DNA of 64,000 nt from Thainema sp. Lineage in GTDB: Bacteria > Cyanobacteriota > Cyanobacteriia > Phormidesmidales > Phormidesmidaceae. The stretch is taken from positions 1-64,000 of the forward strand of contig JBQLZK010000013.1 in the NCBI GenBank assembly GCA_052168235.1, read 5' to 3'. Shown one piece after another: positions 36,719 to 47,272 of this stretch (positions are counted from its first letter, which is position 1; the number at the start of each line of letters is the position of its first letter). The notes beneath the pieces were generated by a model that was given only the letters and a program-made list of their open reading frames with translations, was not told where the DNA came from and did no database searches. The translations under genes were made by a program, and so were the position numbers.

Positions 36719-37044
36719 TTTGGAAACCAGAGCGATAAATTTTCTATCCCTTCACACAACCATAAAAATTTCAATAAGCTTCTTTAGGGGTCTTCTCAGA
36801 GATGATCCCTAATTTTTAATACTGGACTCAGTAAAATTTCGGGTGCCCTGTTTCTAATCGCTTTTGCCCCTCAGTGATTTTTAAGCCCAGTTCAAACATT
36901 TCCTATTGATATCGTGCATTTTGCCCAGCCTAGATTCCTAAGTAGGCATTCTGTCGCTGCGTAGCAGTCGCAAAGTATCCTCTTGGATTTTGCGCAGAAT
37001 GTCCGCCATCGATAACCACTGAGAAGATCGTCATCATTAAAGTT

Positions 37045-40000
37045 ATGCATACTGCCTTTAAATCGAGTGTTTTATTACCTAGTCTGCTGCTTGGGTTAAG
37101 TCTGCCGTCACCGCTCTATGCTCAATCCATCATTGCAACTGATGGTGGTGGCACAAATGTGCAGCAGTTCGGTAGTGAATATCAAATTGACGGTGGTATT
37201 CGTAACGACGCGAATTTATTTCACAGCTTTGATCAGCTCAATTTGGATGCAGGTGAGACAGCCAACTTCCGATCGCAACCCAACATCCAAAATATTCTCG
37301 GTCGGATCAGTGGTGGCGACCCGTCGATAATTGACGGCCTGCTGCGGGTGAGTGGCGGCGAGGCCAATCTGTACTTGATGAATCCGGCGGGTATTCTGTT
37401 TGGTGAAAATGCTCGGTTAGACATCCCCGGCTCGTTTGCCGCAACGACAGCAACGGGTATTGGCTTTGGAGACGGCTGGTTCAATGCCGTTGGTGAAAAC
37501 GACTACAGCACCCTGGTGGGCTCCCCGACTGACTTTGCGTTTAGCACCGCGCAACCGGGCAGCATCGTCAATCAAGCCAACCTGAGCGTCAATCCCGGTG
37601 AGTCACTGAGCTTGATCGCGGGCAATGTGGTGAACGTGGGGCAGTTAGAGGCTCCGGCAGGACAAATTGCGATCGCATCTGTACAGGGCGGCGAGCGAGT
37701 GCGCATCAGTCAAGACGGCATGTTGCTGAGCCTAGAAGTTTCAGCCCTGGATGCTGGCTCAAGTGGAGGCTTGAACCCACTGCCGTTTCAGCCCTTGGAT
37801 TTACCGTCCCTGCTTACGGGAACTGGCACTCAGCTTGACCACGCAAATCAGATCACGGTTGATGCAGACGGCACGATTCGTTTAGGGCAGGGTGCAAGTC
37901 GCGATATTGCAGCCAATAATGCGGCAGGCATAGCGGTACTCAGCGGTACAACCAGCGTTGCCGGGACGACAGGGCAAGCGGGGGGACAAATCGCAGTTGA
38001 GGCTGACCGGGCAGCGTTTCCTGCTGGACTAATTGATATTTCGGGTGAACTAGGGGGTGGTCGCCTAGAGGTCTATGCCAATCAGTTTACGCTCGGTACA
38101 GCCATTAATGCGTTTGGTGGCAGCGGTAGCGATTCAGGTGGCTACGTACTGCTGGATCCAGACGTCGCAAACGTGGAGTTAGCTGACGTACCGTCAATTG
38201 TGACGGCTCTAGGTTCCGGTGCTGATGTTGTCATTGATGCCGCTTCCACGATTAATATCAACGCCCCCATCAACACCAGCGCTCAGGCAAGTACAGCGAC
38301 CCTGCAACTGACGGATGAAAATGCCGATAATAACCTGACCATTAACCTGAATCAGCCGATTACTCTTGGTGCTAATCAAACCCTGACGGGCGAAGGCACA
38401 ACGGTTAATGTCACCACTGGTCGAGTGCAGAACGGGATTGATGTTGCCGCTGAGGGAGCCACGGTTAATCTCGCGGCTGCGACTTATCAAGAGAGTCGTG
38501 AAATTCGGATTGCGCGATCGCTAACGCTCCAGGGTCAAGGAGCCGACCAAACGGTTCTATTTGGCAACAACACCCATCGTGTTCTGTTCGTTGATGGCTC
38601 CGGTGGTGATGTAAATGTCACTCTCAGCAATCTGGCTGTAACCCGAGGCGCAGCGGCTGAAGGAGCTGGCATTTATAACAATCAAGCCAACCTGACGATT
38701 CGCAATAGCCGAATCGAAAATAACAGAGCCACGGTCGGGACACCACTCATCCGACGCGGCGGCGGCATTTTCAATAACAACAGCACCAGCGGCAGTCTGC
38801 TGATTGAAGATAGCACGATTGCCAACAATGCAGTTCTAGGCGGCAACGGTACCGTTTCTGGTCAAGCAGGCTATGGCGGTGGATTATTCAATCAAGATGG
38901 TGATCTGACTATTCGCCGCAGTACGCTTAGCAACAACCAAGTAACTGGTGGCAACGGTGGAACGTTTGGTGGAGCTGGACATGGTGGTGCGCTCTATAAC
39001 GCCGCTAGTATGCAATCAAATGTCACCATTACAGACAGCACGTTCAGCGGCAATCAGGCGATCAGCGGCACTGGAACTAGCTCAACACTCGGTGGCTACG
39101 GTGGCGCAATTTACAATAATGACCGTCTCACTCTAGTCAACAGCACCGTCACCAACAACACAGCTAGCGACACAGGTGCCCTGGGTGGGCAGGGTGGTGG
39201 CCTTTACCTGGGGAATTTCGCTGAAACTGACATTGGCAACTCGATCATTGCTGGAAACGCTAGCAATACGTCTGGCGTTGATGTGCAGGGCGAGGTAACA
39301 GAAGACCTGGGCGCAAACCTGATCGGCAACGTAGATGGCAGTACCGGATTTACGACCAGCATATTACTTGGCAGCACGGCTAATCCGCTTGATCCGGGCC
39401 TGCAACCTTTAGGCAACTACGGTGGCCCCACCCAAACCCATCGGCCACGACCTGACAGTATTGCGCTGGATAGCGGCGCAGTTATCGCGGCTTCCAGTAC
39501 CGATCAGCGAGGCCAAGCTCGAATCGGTGGGGCAGGCATTGATATTGGAGCGGTCGAAACGAGCTACGACATTCTGGCAACGCTGGGCAATGGACAGTCA
39601 ACGGTCGTCAACACCAACTTTGGCACCAACCTACAGGTACAGCTCACTGAAGCAGGTCAGCCAGCCGCGATCGCAGGTATTCCGATTACCTTCATCCTGC
39701 CCGATGCAGAAGTCAGCGGCAACTTCAGTGGTAGCCGCACGGCCACGGTGAATACTGACGGTAGCGGAGTTGCGATCGCACCCACCTTAACCGCCAGCAT
39801 CCGCAGCGGAGAATTTATCACCACCGCCAGCTCTGGCAACTTTACCGACCAGCAGTTTACGCTGACAAACTTGGCGGATCAGCCAGCACAGATCACCATT
39901 CTGGGCGGTGATGGACAAGCCACAACCGTGAACACAGCCTTTGCCAATGCCCTCGCGATTCAGGTCACCGATCAGTTTGGCAATGCTGTACCCAATGCGG

Positions 40001-40626
40001 CAGTTGCTTTTGTGGCTCCGACAGTAGGCGCAAGCAGTCTGTTCAATGGCAACCACGCCTATCAAGTCTTCACCAATGACAATGGCGTGACTTCGACCCT
40101 ACAGCCCTTTGCCAACGGCACGGCAGGCGCGTATGTGGTCAACGTGGCTGTGGGCGAATTGAACGAGGCGCTGTTCAACCTGACCAATCTAGCTCAGTTG
40201 AGCAATAATCCTGGCAGTGAAACTCCCGGTGGTGAAACTCCCGGTGGTGAACCGCCTAGTGAAACTCCCGGTGGCGGGATTCCTGGCGAAATTCCTGGCG
40301 GTGGTACAGGTGGCAATCCAATTCCCAATAATCCGGGTGAGAATCCTGTTCCAGGTGAGAAACCTGTTTCAGGTGAGAATCCCGAACCGACCAATCCGCC
40401 AGAGGTTGACATCGTTGTCTTGGATAGAGATTTGTTCAGCGATACCAATTCTCAATTTGATACGGTTGCTGTGTCCTGCCCGGCTGCGATCGCAGTTTTA
40501 GAAGCGGAAGAGGTTGCAGAGCCAGAGGTGGATGATCAAACTATTCTGCTGCTCAGAGAGGCCGATGCACAAGCCTGCTCAACCGAGATTTTAGGACTTG
40601 AAGAAGTCCCAGAGCCGTTGGAATAG
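37045..40626 (+). CDS. Two-partner-secretion / filamentous haemagglutinin-like exoprotein with beta-helix, choice-of-anchor-Q-like and Ig-like regions
   Basis: NLFHSF, NPAGILFG TPS motifs; GGGIFN/GGAIYN repeats; DP.L.PL..YGGPTQTH...DQRG...DIGAVE; Big_1-like repeats; ETPGG linker. Confidence 0.85.
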   Translation: MHTAFKSSVLLPSLLLGLSLPSPLYAQSIIATDGGGTNVQQFGSEYQIDGGIRNDANLFHSFDQLNLDAGETANFRSQPNIQNILGRISGGDPSIIDGLLRVSGGEANLYLMNPAGILFGENARLDIPGSFAATTATGIGFGDGWFNAVGENDYSTLVGSPTDFAFSTAQPGSIVNQANLSVNPGESLSLIAGNVVNVGQLEAPAGQIAIASVQGGERVRISQDGMLLSLEVSALDAGSSGGLNPLPFQPLDLPSLLTGTGTQLDHANQITVDADGTIRLGQGASRDIAANNAAGIAVLSGTTSVAGTTGQAGGQIAVEADRAAFPAGLIDISGELGGGRLEVYANQFTLGTAINAFGGSGSDSGGYVLLDPDVANVELADVPSIVTALGSGADVVIDAASTININAPINTSAQASTATLQLTDENADNNLTINLNQPITLGANQTLTGEGTTVNVTTGRVQNGIDVAAEGATVNLAAATYQESREIRIARSLTLQGQGADQTVLFGNNTHRVLFVDGSGGDVNVTLSNLAVTRGAAAEGAGIYNNQANLTIRNSRIENNRATVGTPLIRRGGGIFNNNSTSGSLLIEDSTIANNAVLGGNGTVSGQAGYGGGLFNQDGDLTIRRSTLSNNQVTGGNGGTFGGAGHGGALYNAASMQSNVTITDSTFSGNQAISGTGTSSTLGGYGGAIYNNDRLTLVNSTVTNNTASDTGALGGQGGGLYLGNFAETDIGNSIIAGNASNTSGVDVQGEVTEDLGANLIGNVDGSTGFTTSILLGSTANPLDPGLQPLGNYGGPTQTHRPRPDSIALDSGAVIAASSTDQRGQARIGGAGIDIGAVETSYDILATLGNGQSTVVNTNFGTNLQVQLTEAGQPAAIAGIPITFILPDAEVSGNFSGSRTATVNTDGSGVAIAPTLTASIRSGEFITTASSGNFTDQQFTLTNLADQPAQITILGGDGQATTVNTAFANALAIQVTDQFGNAVPNAAVAFVAPTVGASSLFNGNHAYQVFTNDNGVTSTLQPFANGTAGAYVVNVAVGELNEALFNLTNLAQLSNNPGSETPGGETPGGEPPSETPGGGIPGEIPGGGTGGNPIPNNPGENPVPGEKPVSGENPEPTNPPEVDIVVLDRDLFSDTNSQFDTVAVSCPAAIAVLEAEEVAEPEVDDQTILLLREADAQACSTEILGLEEVPEPLE

Positions 40627-40643
40627 ACCGCAATACAAAATTA

Positions 40644-40690
40644 AACGAGTACTGGGAGAACTCCGGCGGAATTGCCCTCAGTACTCGTTT
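40644..40690. terminator. Hairpin between convergent genes
   Basis: AAACGAGTACTG ... CAGTACTCGTTT. Confidence 0.6.
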
Positions 40691-40699
40691 GATCAACCA

Positions 40700-41254
40700 C
40701 TAGCGAACTGCGATCGCAAATTGCCTTTGGATTGTCTCAAGCGATTCTGCCCAGAGGGTTTCAGGCTGCCAGCTATCGGGATCAAACTGGGCCGCTTGCC
40801 CCCGTTGATACGCCTGCCATAACCGCGATCGCACCTTGTCTGACAGCCCAGACGAGCGACGAATTGAATGCAGCAGTCCCAGCCCGATCAGGGCGTTGGG
40901 TAAGGAGAACGTTGCACCCAGCAAGAAAGCCTGCACTTCTGCCTCGCCTAGCGTGTCAGTTCCGTACCCCGTGAGCACATGCACGCCATCGTGTAGTTGC
41001 TTCCGCCGTGGCCCGGATGTTAGTGGTTGCAGTTGATTGCGGTCTAGAAACTCCGCCCAGCAGTGGCCCAGCGTTCCGGGCGAATACGTCCGTAGCCTGG
41101 ATAAATCGACAATTTGTGGCACACTGCGCCCAGTGATATCAGCGATGCGATCCGTTAGAGCTAAAAATCGCTGTGCCCGAGTTGCGATCGCACTGGCTGT
41201 AGGGTTGAGTTGATCGTTAGTTTGGGTCGTGAAAACAGCGGGAGATTGGTTCAT
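40700..41254 (-). CDS. Coq4-family protein
   Basis: PGTLG, HDGVHVLTGYGTD..GEAEVQAF metal-binding motif. Confidence 0.78.
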   Translation of the reverse strand: MNQSPAVFTTQTNDQLNPTASAIATRAQRFLALTDRIADITGRSVPQIVDLSRLRTYSPGTLGHCWAEFLDRNQLQPLTSGPRRKQLHDGVHVLTGYGTDTLGEAEVQAFLLGATFSLPNALIGLGLLHSIRRSSGLSDKVRSRLWQAYQRGQAAQFDPDSWQPETLWAESLETIQRQFAIAVR

Positions 41255-41274
41255 GGTTAGTTGTTGCGATTAAT

Positions 41275-41757
41275 CTATTGTTGATCTCGGCTTTCTGGCT
41301 GGAACAGGCCGCCCGGTCGTCCTTCTCGGAACCGCCCCCGTTCTGAACGAGCGGTTTCAATGTGCTCGCGCTGTTCGGCGGTGAATACATTTTGAGCTGC
41401 ATCATGGCTGGCTGCCCAGATCGCCCGCAGCTGTTCGCGCTGTTCATTGCTGAGATCCAAGTCCCGCATCGCGCGAGGTAAGGGTTCACCCGCTTCTAGC
41501 GCGGCTTCTAACTCAGTCCGCTGCGTTTCTGTCAGGACATTCAGCATTTGAGTTTGGGCATCATTGCGAATCACTTGTAGCTGTTCCTGCTGAACCTCGG
41601 TTAGGTCAAGCTGCTCCAGCACCCGACCTGGCCCTCCACCCCATCGTCCACCGTCTCTCATCCCGTCTCTCATTTGAGCCTGAACGGGACTGAGCGAATA
41701 TACAGCCGCTGCGATCGCAACTAATCCGGCGGCCCCTGCAAACCATTGAATTTTCAT
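41275..41757 (-). CDS. Spy/CpxP-family periplasmic protein (LTXXQ repeats)
   Basis: Signal peptide; LDLTEVQQEQL, VLTETQR, LDLSNEQREQL, VFTAEQRE. Confidence 0.82.
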   Translation of the reverse strand: MKIQWFAGAAGLVAIAAAVYSLSPVQAQMRDGMRDGGRWGGGPGRVLEQLDLTEVQQEQLQVIRNDAQTQMLNVLTETQRTELEAALEAGEPLPRAMRDLDLSNEQREQLRAIWAASHDAAQNVFTAEQREHIETARSERGRFREGRPGGLFQPESRDQQ

Positions 41758-42055
41758 CGTGATTCCTCAAAAGTGATCGTTTCGGTACACGTTGTCGCTA
41801 GATGTGTCGTCGCCAGATATATATCCGTCGCCACTTTGGTTGAGACATTTACGAAATCCAACGTTTAAAGCGTTTGAATAAAGCGTTTGAACGTTTTCAG
41901 AGTTTCCCAACGTCCTAACTACTGTGACTATGGCTACTGTGACTACGGCTATCTACAACGCGCCTGTGTCTCATTTGATTCCATCGTAGACAGCGCAAAA
42001 TTGAACCACCTGAAGCGGAAGTCACGATATTGACCATGACTTTGGTCATGGTTAT

Positions 42056-42245
42056 ATAAAGTCCGGTTGAAAACCCATAATTTATTAGACTTTATTGGAA
42101 ATAAAGTTTTTGGGGTTGGAAATTGTTTTGTAGCGCGGCTCCGCCGCGCTACAAAACAATTTCCGATAAGGTTTATTGTTTGTGAAACGCTTGCGGAGCA
42201 AGCGTTTCACAAACAATAAATTGGGTTCTTATACGTGGACTTGAT
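42056..42245. mobile_element. Double-hairpin MITE-like element
   Basis: Perfect 22-bp stem (42118-42164) and 23-bp stem (42172-42220) with 3-nt loops, inside imperfect AAGTCC/GGACTT ends. Confidence 0.6.
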
Positions 42246-42254
42246 ATTATCAGG

Positions 42255-42653
42255 TCAATCCGGATCACAGATGGCGTCCGCCTCAACTTCAATCAGCATA
42301 TCGGGATCAATCAGTGCCGCAACCTCCACCATTGAAGTGACAGGTGGATGCCCCACAAACGCCTCATGATGAGCCTTGGCGTACTCCTGCCAGCGGCTAA
42401 TATCCGTCACATACATCCGCGTCCGCACCACATCCTCCAAACTGCCGCCAAGCTGGTGTAACGCCTGCCCAATTAACTCAAAACAGCGCTGCGCCTGAGC
42501 ATAGGCATCATTTGGCGCATAGGTATTGCCTTGCTCATCCACTGGTGATGTACCTGAAACAAAAATTTGATTGTTGACCCGAATCGCTCGCGAATAAGCC
42601 ACAACGGCTTCCCAATGTGTACCGGATGAAATGCGCTGACGCGAAATACCCAT
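42255..42653 (-). CDS. RidA/YjgF-family protein
   Basis: WE..VAYSRA, VSGT, VVRTRMYVTDI, LIEVEADA. Confidence 0.9.
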   Translation of the reverse strand: MGISRQRISSGTHWEAVVAYSRAIRVNNQIFVSGTSPVDEQGNTYAPNDAYAQAQRCFELIGQALHQLGGSLEDVVRTRMYVTDISRWQEYAKAHHEAFVGHPPVTSMVEVAALIDPDMLIEVEADAICDPD

Positions 42654-42725
42654 GCTATGACTCCTCTGGCTGAAGAACGGAACGTATCGAAATAAAATCT
42701 CTACTTGGCACTCAATACTGGATCT

Positions 42726-43370
42726 TCAATCCTTCCCTTTCGTCAAAATCGTTAGCGCCACTGGCCCTAGCAGATAGTAATGTTCAGCCTGGGCAAATCC
42801 AGCCGTTGTTCCCATTCGTTCCCGCTCATCCAAGCTGTAGAGCCAAATACCATCAGGACTAAGCGTCAGCGTCAGCTTGCCTGAAAACGTTTTCCACGGT
42901 GTAAAGTCTGCCCAATAAAAGCTCGCTCCGGGTTTCAGCACTCGCTGGACTTCGGCTAAAACGGCGGCTGGATTGGGATAGTGAAGCAAGCTGATACTGC
43001 AAAAAACGGCGTCGAACTGCGGCTTGGCAAAGGGCAAAGCATCAGAGCGGCCTTCCACATAGGTCAATCGCTCCGGCGCAGCCGATTTTTGCCGTGCTTG
43101 TCGAATCATCTCTGCCGAAAAGTCCAGGCCAGTACCGATCAACGTCGGATCATGCTGCGCTAGACGGTTCAGCAGCTTACCTGTTCCACAGCCTAAATCC
43201 AGAATCTGCGCGGCTGGCGGCAGTTGAACATATTCCAGCATCCGCAGGTGAATTGCCTGATAAACCACCGACGGAAACAACAGGTCATACTGGGGTGCCC
43301 AGCGGTCAAATAGCTGGACTTTGCTGAGCAGTCGATTGCGATCGCACATCATCCCTCTTCTCCAACCCAT
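42726..43370 (-). CDS. Class I SAM-dependent methyltransferase
   Basis: ILDLGCGTG, GLDFS..M, FDAV, RVLKPG. Confidence 0.88.
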   Translation of the reverse strand: MGWRRGMMCDRNRLLSKVQLFDRWAPQYDLLFPSVVYQAIHLRMLEYVQLPPAAQILDLGCGTGKLLNRLAQHDPTLIGTGLDFSAEMIRQARQKSAAPERLTYVEGRSDALPFAKPQFDAVFCSISLLHYPNPAAVLAEVQRVLKPGASFYWADFTPWKTFSGKLTLTLSPDGIWLYSLDERERMGTTAGFAQAEHYYLLGPVALTILTKGKD

Positions 43371-43639
43371 TCCACTTCATTTCAGTGTAGGGCCGATTGC
43401 AAAATCCGAAGTTAAGGACTTTAAATCCGACGTTAATTGCGATCGCAGTCTTCGTTGTTTAAATTCAATCCCAACGGGTTTACCGCAATCTCCCGCCCCA
43501 TAAGACTTTAGCGGTGTTCGGCACAGCACCTCACTAACTTCTGCTTAAGTCCGCAAAGATCGGTGGTAGAAACCCTACGATCTTGGGAAACTAAATTCAA
43601 CAAGCAAACGAAAGCCCCCATTCAAACGGAGTTCCTGTC

Positions 43640-43822
43640 ATGTCTCTCTCTTATCGCGGTGTTACCTATAACCCCAAGCAAAACGCAGTCATCGCTTCTG
43701 AAACTGAACAAACGGGTGTCTTCCTCGGTTCCCGCTACACCATGAAGCGCTTCAACTTTGCTGAGCGTTATCCATCCGGTTCCGCTCAGCTCAGCTACCG
43801 CGGCGTATCTTACACCCGATAA
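43640..43822 (+). CDS. DUF4278-family small protein
   Basis: L.YRGV.Y motif at both termini. Confidence 0.8.
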   Translation: MSLSYRGVTYNPKQNAVIASETEQTGVFLGSRYTMKRFNFAERYPSGSAQLSYRGVSYTR

Positions 43823-44193
43823 GGAATGCGATCGCAGAAGGCATCATCCACCCCTTACCTTCTGCTGCGGGTCCTCCCAAGTTTCCTAACCCCAACAAAC
43901 CAGCCCCCAGAAATCCCTAAACTCTAAGATTGTCAGCCAGTCTCACTGTTTCTAATTACGTCTTGTCAGCCAGTCTCACCGCTCCTGAAATTGTCGATCC
44001 TAGCAGAACCACTCAGTCCTACCAGCCCATGTCTCACCACCTTGTCTCCCACCAGCTTGTTAATACACTCACAAAGTCATAGTAAAAATATTTCGATTTC
44101 CCTCCTGACCCCACCCTAATTGCAAAAGCACGATGCTACGCATGAGCGATTGAACACAACAATCGTTCATGCGTTTTTCTTTGGCATACATAC

Positions 44194-45252
44194 CTAACTG
44201 AACTCATCACTTATTTCAGCAGCCGGTTGATTCTGGGCTGAAATGGCTAAATAGATCCCTGCGAGCACCACACAGAACGCTAGACCATTGGCCAACGTGA
44301 GCGGCTGCCCAAACAAAATCATGGCCAGTACGGCAGCAATGGCCGGAATACTCAGCATTGATACCGAAACCAGGCTGGACGAGAGGGTTTTGAGGCTGTG
44401 CGTCAGCAGTCCGTGCCCCATGACCTGAGAAATCAGCGCCAGTGCCAGGACAGCGAAACCAGCATTCCAGGACGTGGGCCAGAGTGAGTCGCCGTGCCAG
44501 AGCATCACGGGCACGAGGATGGCGCAGCCGATCAAGCCCGTATTTGTCATGATCAGGGTCGTGGGCAACTGCTGCCGCAAGTGTTCAATACTCAACAGAA
44601 AGACCGCCAGTAAAACTGCCGCTAGTAGCGCCGCTGCGTCCCCAGCCATTTGAGCCGCATCTACGTGTAAATCATTCAGACCAATCGCAATCACTCCAGC
44701 AGTGGCAACCATCAATCCAATCACAAAGCGCAGCCGAAAGCATCGGCCTAGCACCAGCCAAGCACCCAAGGTAGTGAAAATGGGCATCAGGTTATTCAAC
44801 AGAGCCGAATTGGCCACGCTCGTTTGCGTCAGCGACCAGCTCGAACACACTTGCGACGCAGCCAAGCTGATGCCAGCCAGTGCAAGGATCGCAATGTTGA
44901 GTATTGATTGTGAAACTGGTGCGGCTTCAGATTCAGATGCCGTCAGAGCGCGATCGCGATCCAGCGCAGGCTGCGGCAGCAACTTTGACCAGCAGCTAAA
45001 TGCGATCGCAGCAATCAGGAGCCGATTCAAGACAATCGTACTGGGATTGAGATCTTGTTCGGCGATGACGATGAAAATTGAGGCGCAGGACAAACCCAAC
45101 AGCGCTGCTATCAGCGTTAAGATCGCTCCTCCAGCAGACCAGGACTGGAGCGTTTCCACCACGGCTCGATAGCCAACTCCAATTGGGTTTACCTGGAATG
45201 AGCGAAGCTTGATGCCGCGCGAGAACACAGAAGCAAAAGTCATCAACGACAC
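44194..45252 (-). CDS. DMT/EamA-family transporter
   Basis: About 10 TM helices, two EamA repeats, TSVANSALL. Confidence 0.85.
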   Translation of the reverse strand: MSLMTFASVFSRGIKLRSFQVNPIGVGYRAVVETLQSWSAGGAILTLIAALLGLSCASIFIVIAEQDLNPSTIVLNRLLIAAIAFSCWSKLLPQPALDRDRALTASESEAAPVSQSILNIAILALAGISLAASQVCSSWSLTQTSVANSALLNNLMPIFTTLGAWLVLGRCFRLRFVIGLMVATAGVIAIGLNDLHVDAAQMAGDAAALLAAVLLAVFLLSIEHLRQQLPTTLIMTNTGLIGCAILVPVMLWHGDSLWPTSWNAGFAVLALALISQVMGHGLLTHSLKTLSSSLVSVSMLSIPAIAAVLAMILFGQPLTLANGLAFCVVLAGIYLAISAQNQPAAEISDEFS

Positions 45253-45268
45253 TCCTTGAATTATTCAG

Positions 45269-45312
45269 TTGTACAAACAGCTTTCTCTGTATACAAAATA
45301 CTGTATACAAAA
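45269..45312. promoter_or_regulatory. Candidate operator (repeated TGTATACA palindromes, GntR-like)
   Basis: CTGTATACAAAA twice (45287, 45301) plus TTGTACAA (45269), directly upstream of the DMT gene. Confidence 0.45.
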
Positions 45313-45416
45313 CCAGCCAATTAAAGCAATGTCACGCAGCCTGCATGTCATGAATTGTTCACTATAAACAGTTTACGGGTTCAGTTTACAGATGAACAAA
45401 GCCGTTTCTGGTAAGT

Positions 45417-46475
45417 CTATACAACCTGTCGCTGGCGTAGATTCACTAACTCAGCAGGCGCGATCGCACCATGCTCGGTGATGATGGCGGTAATCAGATC
45501 CGCTGGGGTGACATCAAAGGCGGGGTTGAAGAACTCAGCTCCGGCGGGGCAGAGGATCGTGTCGCCAACCTGGTAGATCTCTGACGGATCGCGCTCTTCA
45601 ATGGGGATTTGGCTGCCGTCCGTCAGCTTGAAGTCCACCGTTGATAATGGAGCCGCGACAAAGAAGGGAATGTTGTGCGCTTGAGCTGCGATCGCAACAC
45701 TATAAGTACCGATCTTATTCGCCGCGTCGCCATTGGCGGCAATCCGGTCAGCACCGACGACGACAGCATGAATCAGGCCCAGTTTCATACAGTAAGCCGC
45801 CATGTTGTCGGTAATCACGGTGACGGGAATATTTTCTTCGACGCATTCCCAGGCCGTGAGCTTGGCTCCCTGCAAACGAGGCCGAGTTTCGTCAGCGTAC
45901 ACCCGCTCCAGACGACCTGCACTCCAGGCTGAACGGACAACACCTAGCGCCGTACCGTAACCTGCGGTGGCCAATGCGCCTGCGTTGCAGTGGGTCAAAA
46001 TCGTCAGCTTTTCAGGACTAGACGGTAACGCTGCCAAACCGTGATCACCAATGGCGCGGCAGGTTTCTAAGTCTTCCTGATTAATAGCCCGTGCCGTTTC
46101 AAACAAAACGTCCCGCATATGCGACACGGAACCTGATGTTTTCTTGACCACCTGCATCATCCGCTCAATCGCCCAGAACAGATTGACGGCAGTGGGACGA
46201 GTCGCCTTGAGCTTTTCGGCAATGGCTTCCAGACGTTCCAAAAACGCACCGCGATCGCCTGTGTTAATCTCTCTCGCTCCCAGATATAGCCCGTATGCGG
46301 CTGCGACTCCAATCGCCGGAGCACCACGCACAATCATGGTTTTGATCGCCATCGCCATGTCGTCTGAGCGGCGAATTTCGACCACCGTGAGCTGACCAGG
46401 CAGCTTCGTTTGATCGATTAAGCGAACGTGATCGTTTTGCCAAACAACGGGATACACCGGGAAATTTAATGACAT
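45417..46475 (-). CDS. mtnA: S-methyl-5-thioribose-1-phosphate isomerase
   Basis: [53 protein letters not shown]. Confidence 0.96.
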   Translation of the reverse strand: MSLNFPVYPVVWQNDHVRLIDQTKLPGQLTVVEIRRSDDMAMAIKTMIVRGAPAIGVAAAYGLYLGAREINTGDRGAFLERLEAIAEKLKATRPTAVNLFWAIERMMQVVKKTSGSVSHMRDVLFETARAINQEDLETCRAIGDHGLAALPSSPEKLTILTHCNAGALATAGYGTALGVVRSAWSAGRLERVYADETRPRLQGAKLTAWECVEENIPVTVITDNMAAYCMKLGLIHAVVVGADRIAANGDAANKIGTYSVAIAAQAHNIPFFVAAPLSTVDFKLTDGSQIPIEERDPSEIYQVGDTILCPAGAEFFNPAFDVTPADLITAIITEHGAIAPAELVNLRQRQVV

Positions 46476-46620
46476 GGATTACAGGAAATGAAATGGCATA
46501 AGCACCCATCATTTTATAGTGCTTACTGTGCGATTAGTGCGATTAGATCGCACCCTACGTCTGACTCCCTCGATTTCCTTTACAGCCCTCTACAGCCTTT
46601 ACAGCCTCTACAACACTTTC

Positions 46621-46899
46621 CTACGTCCTCGCCTTCCGCAACTGATAGCGAATCTTCAGCACCAAAATCATAAACGCAAACAGAAACGTCATTACATTCG
46701 CGCAAATGACTGGAATATCGTGATTGTAGGAGCCATAAGCCAGCCAAAGCAGGATACCGAGGCAAAGCGTGATTAACATGCCCCAGGAGATATCGTCAGC
46801 AGACTTAGACTGCCAGGTTTTGATCAGTTGGGGAAGATAAGCAACTGTTGTTAAAGCACCTGCGGTCAGTCCCAAAACAGTCGTAAATTCCATTGGCAT
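46621..46899 (-). CDS. SemiSWEET sugar transporter
   Basis: 3 TM helices, LTT.AYLPQ..KT...KSA.DIS, LWLAYG, AN. Confidence 0.88.
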   Translation of the reverse strand: MPMEFTTVLGLTAGALTTVAYLPQLIKTWQSKSADDISWGMLITLCLGILLWLAYGSYNHDIPVICANVMTFLFAFMILVLKIRYQLRKART

Positions 46900-47272
46900 T
46901 TCACCTCAATGATTCGTTGCCAAGTCGTTTACACAAAAAAAGAGCAGTTCCGAAAATGTCGGAATCACTCATGCAGTACCGCTTTTGCGCGGAGGGGCGT
47001 GACCGCTATGGGAAAGCGAATGTCACGACAATTAAAAGTCTCAGACGCTAAATTAACATAAACTTTCTCAAAATAAGTTCACTTAATGCCGAATTTACTT
47101 TGAGATTTACAATCAATGGTAATTAAATCGTAAAGCTGCGTAAATCAGTCTGGAGTATTAGGTTATTCAAAGGCCGACAGCAGTGGCATCCGTAGGAACT
47201 GGCAAACCAAACGGTACACAATGAAAAATGTGGTGATCAGCGCCACAATTAGAGAGAACGCTATTCGAATTT

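Noticed and set aside
43440..43640. Canonical glutamine riboswitch upstream of DUF4278
   Set aside because: The glnA or downstream-peptide consensus sequences were not recognisable.
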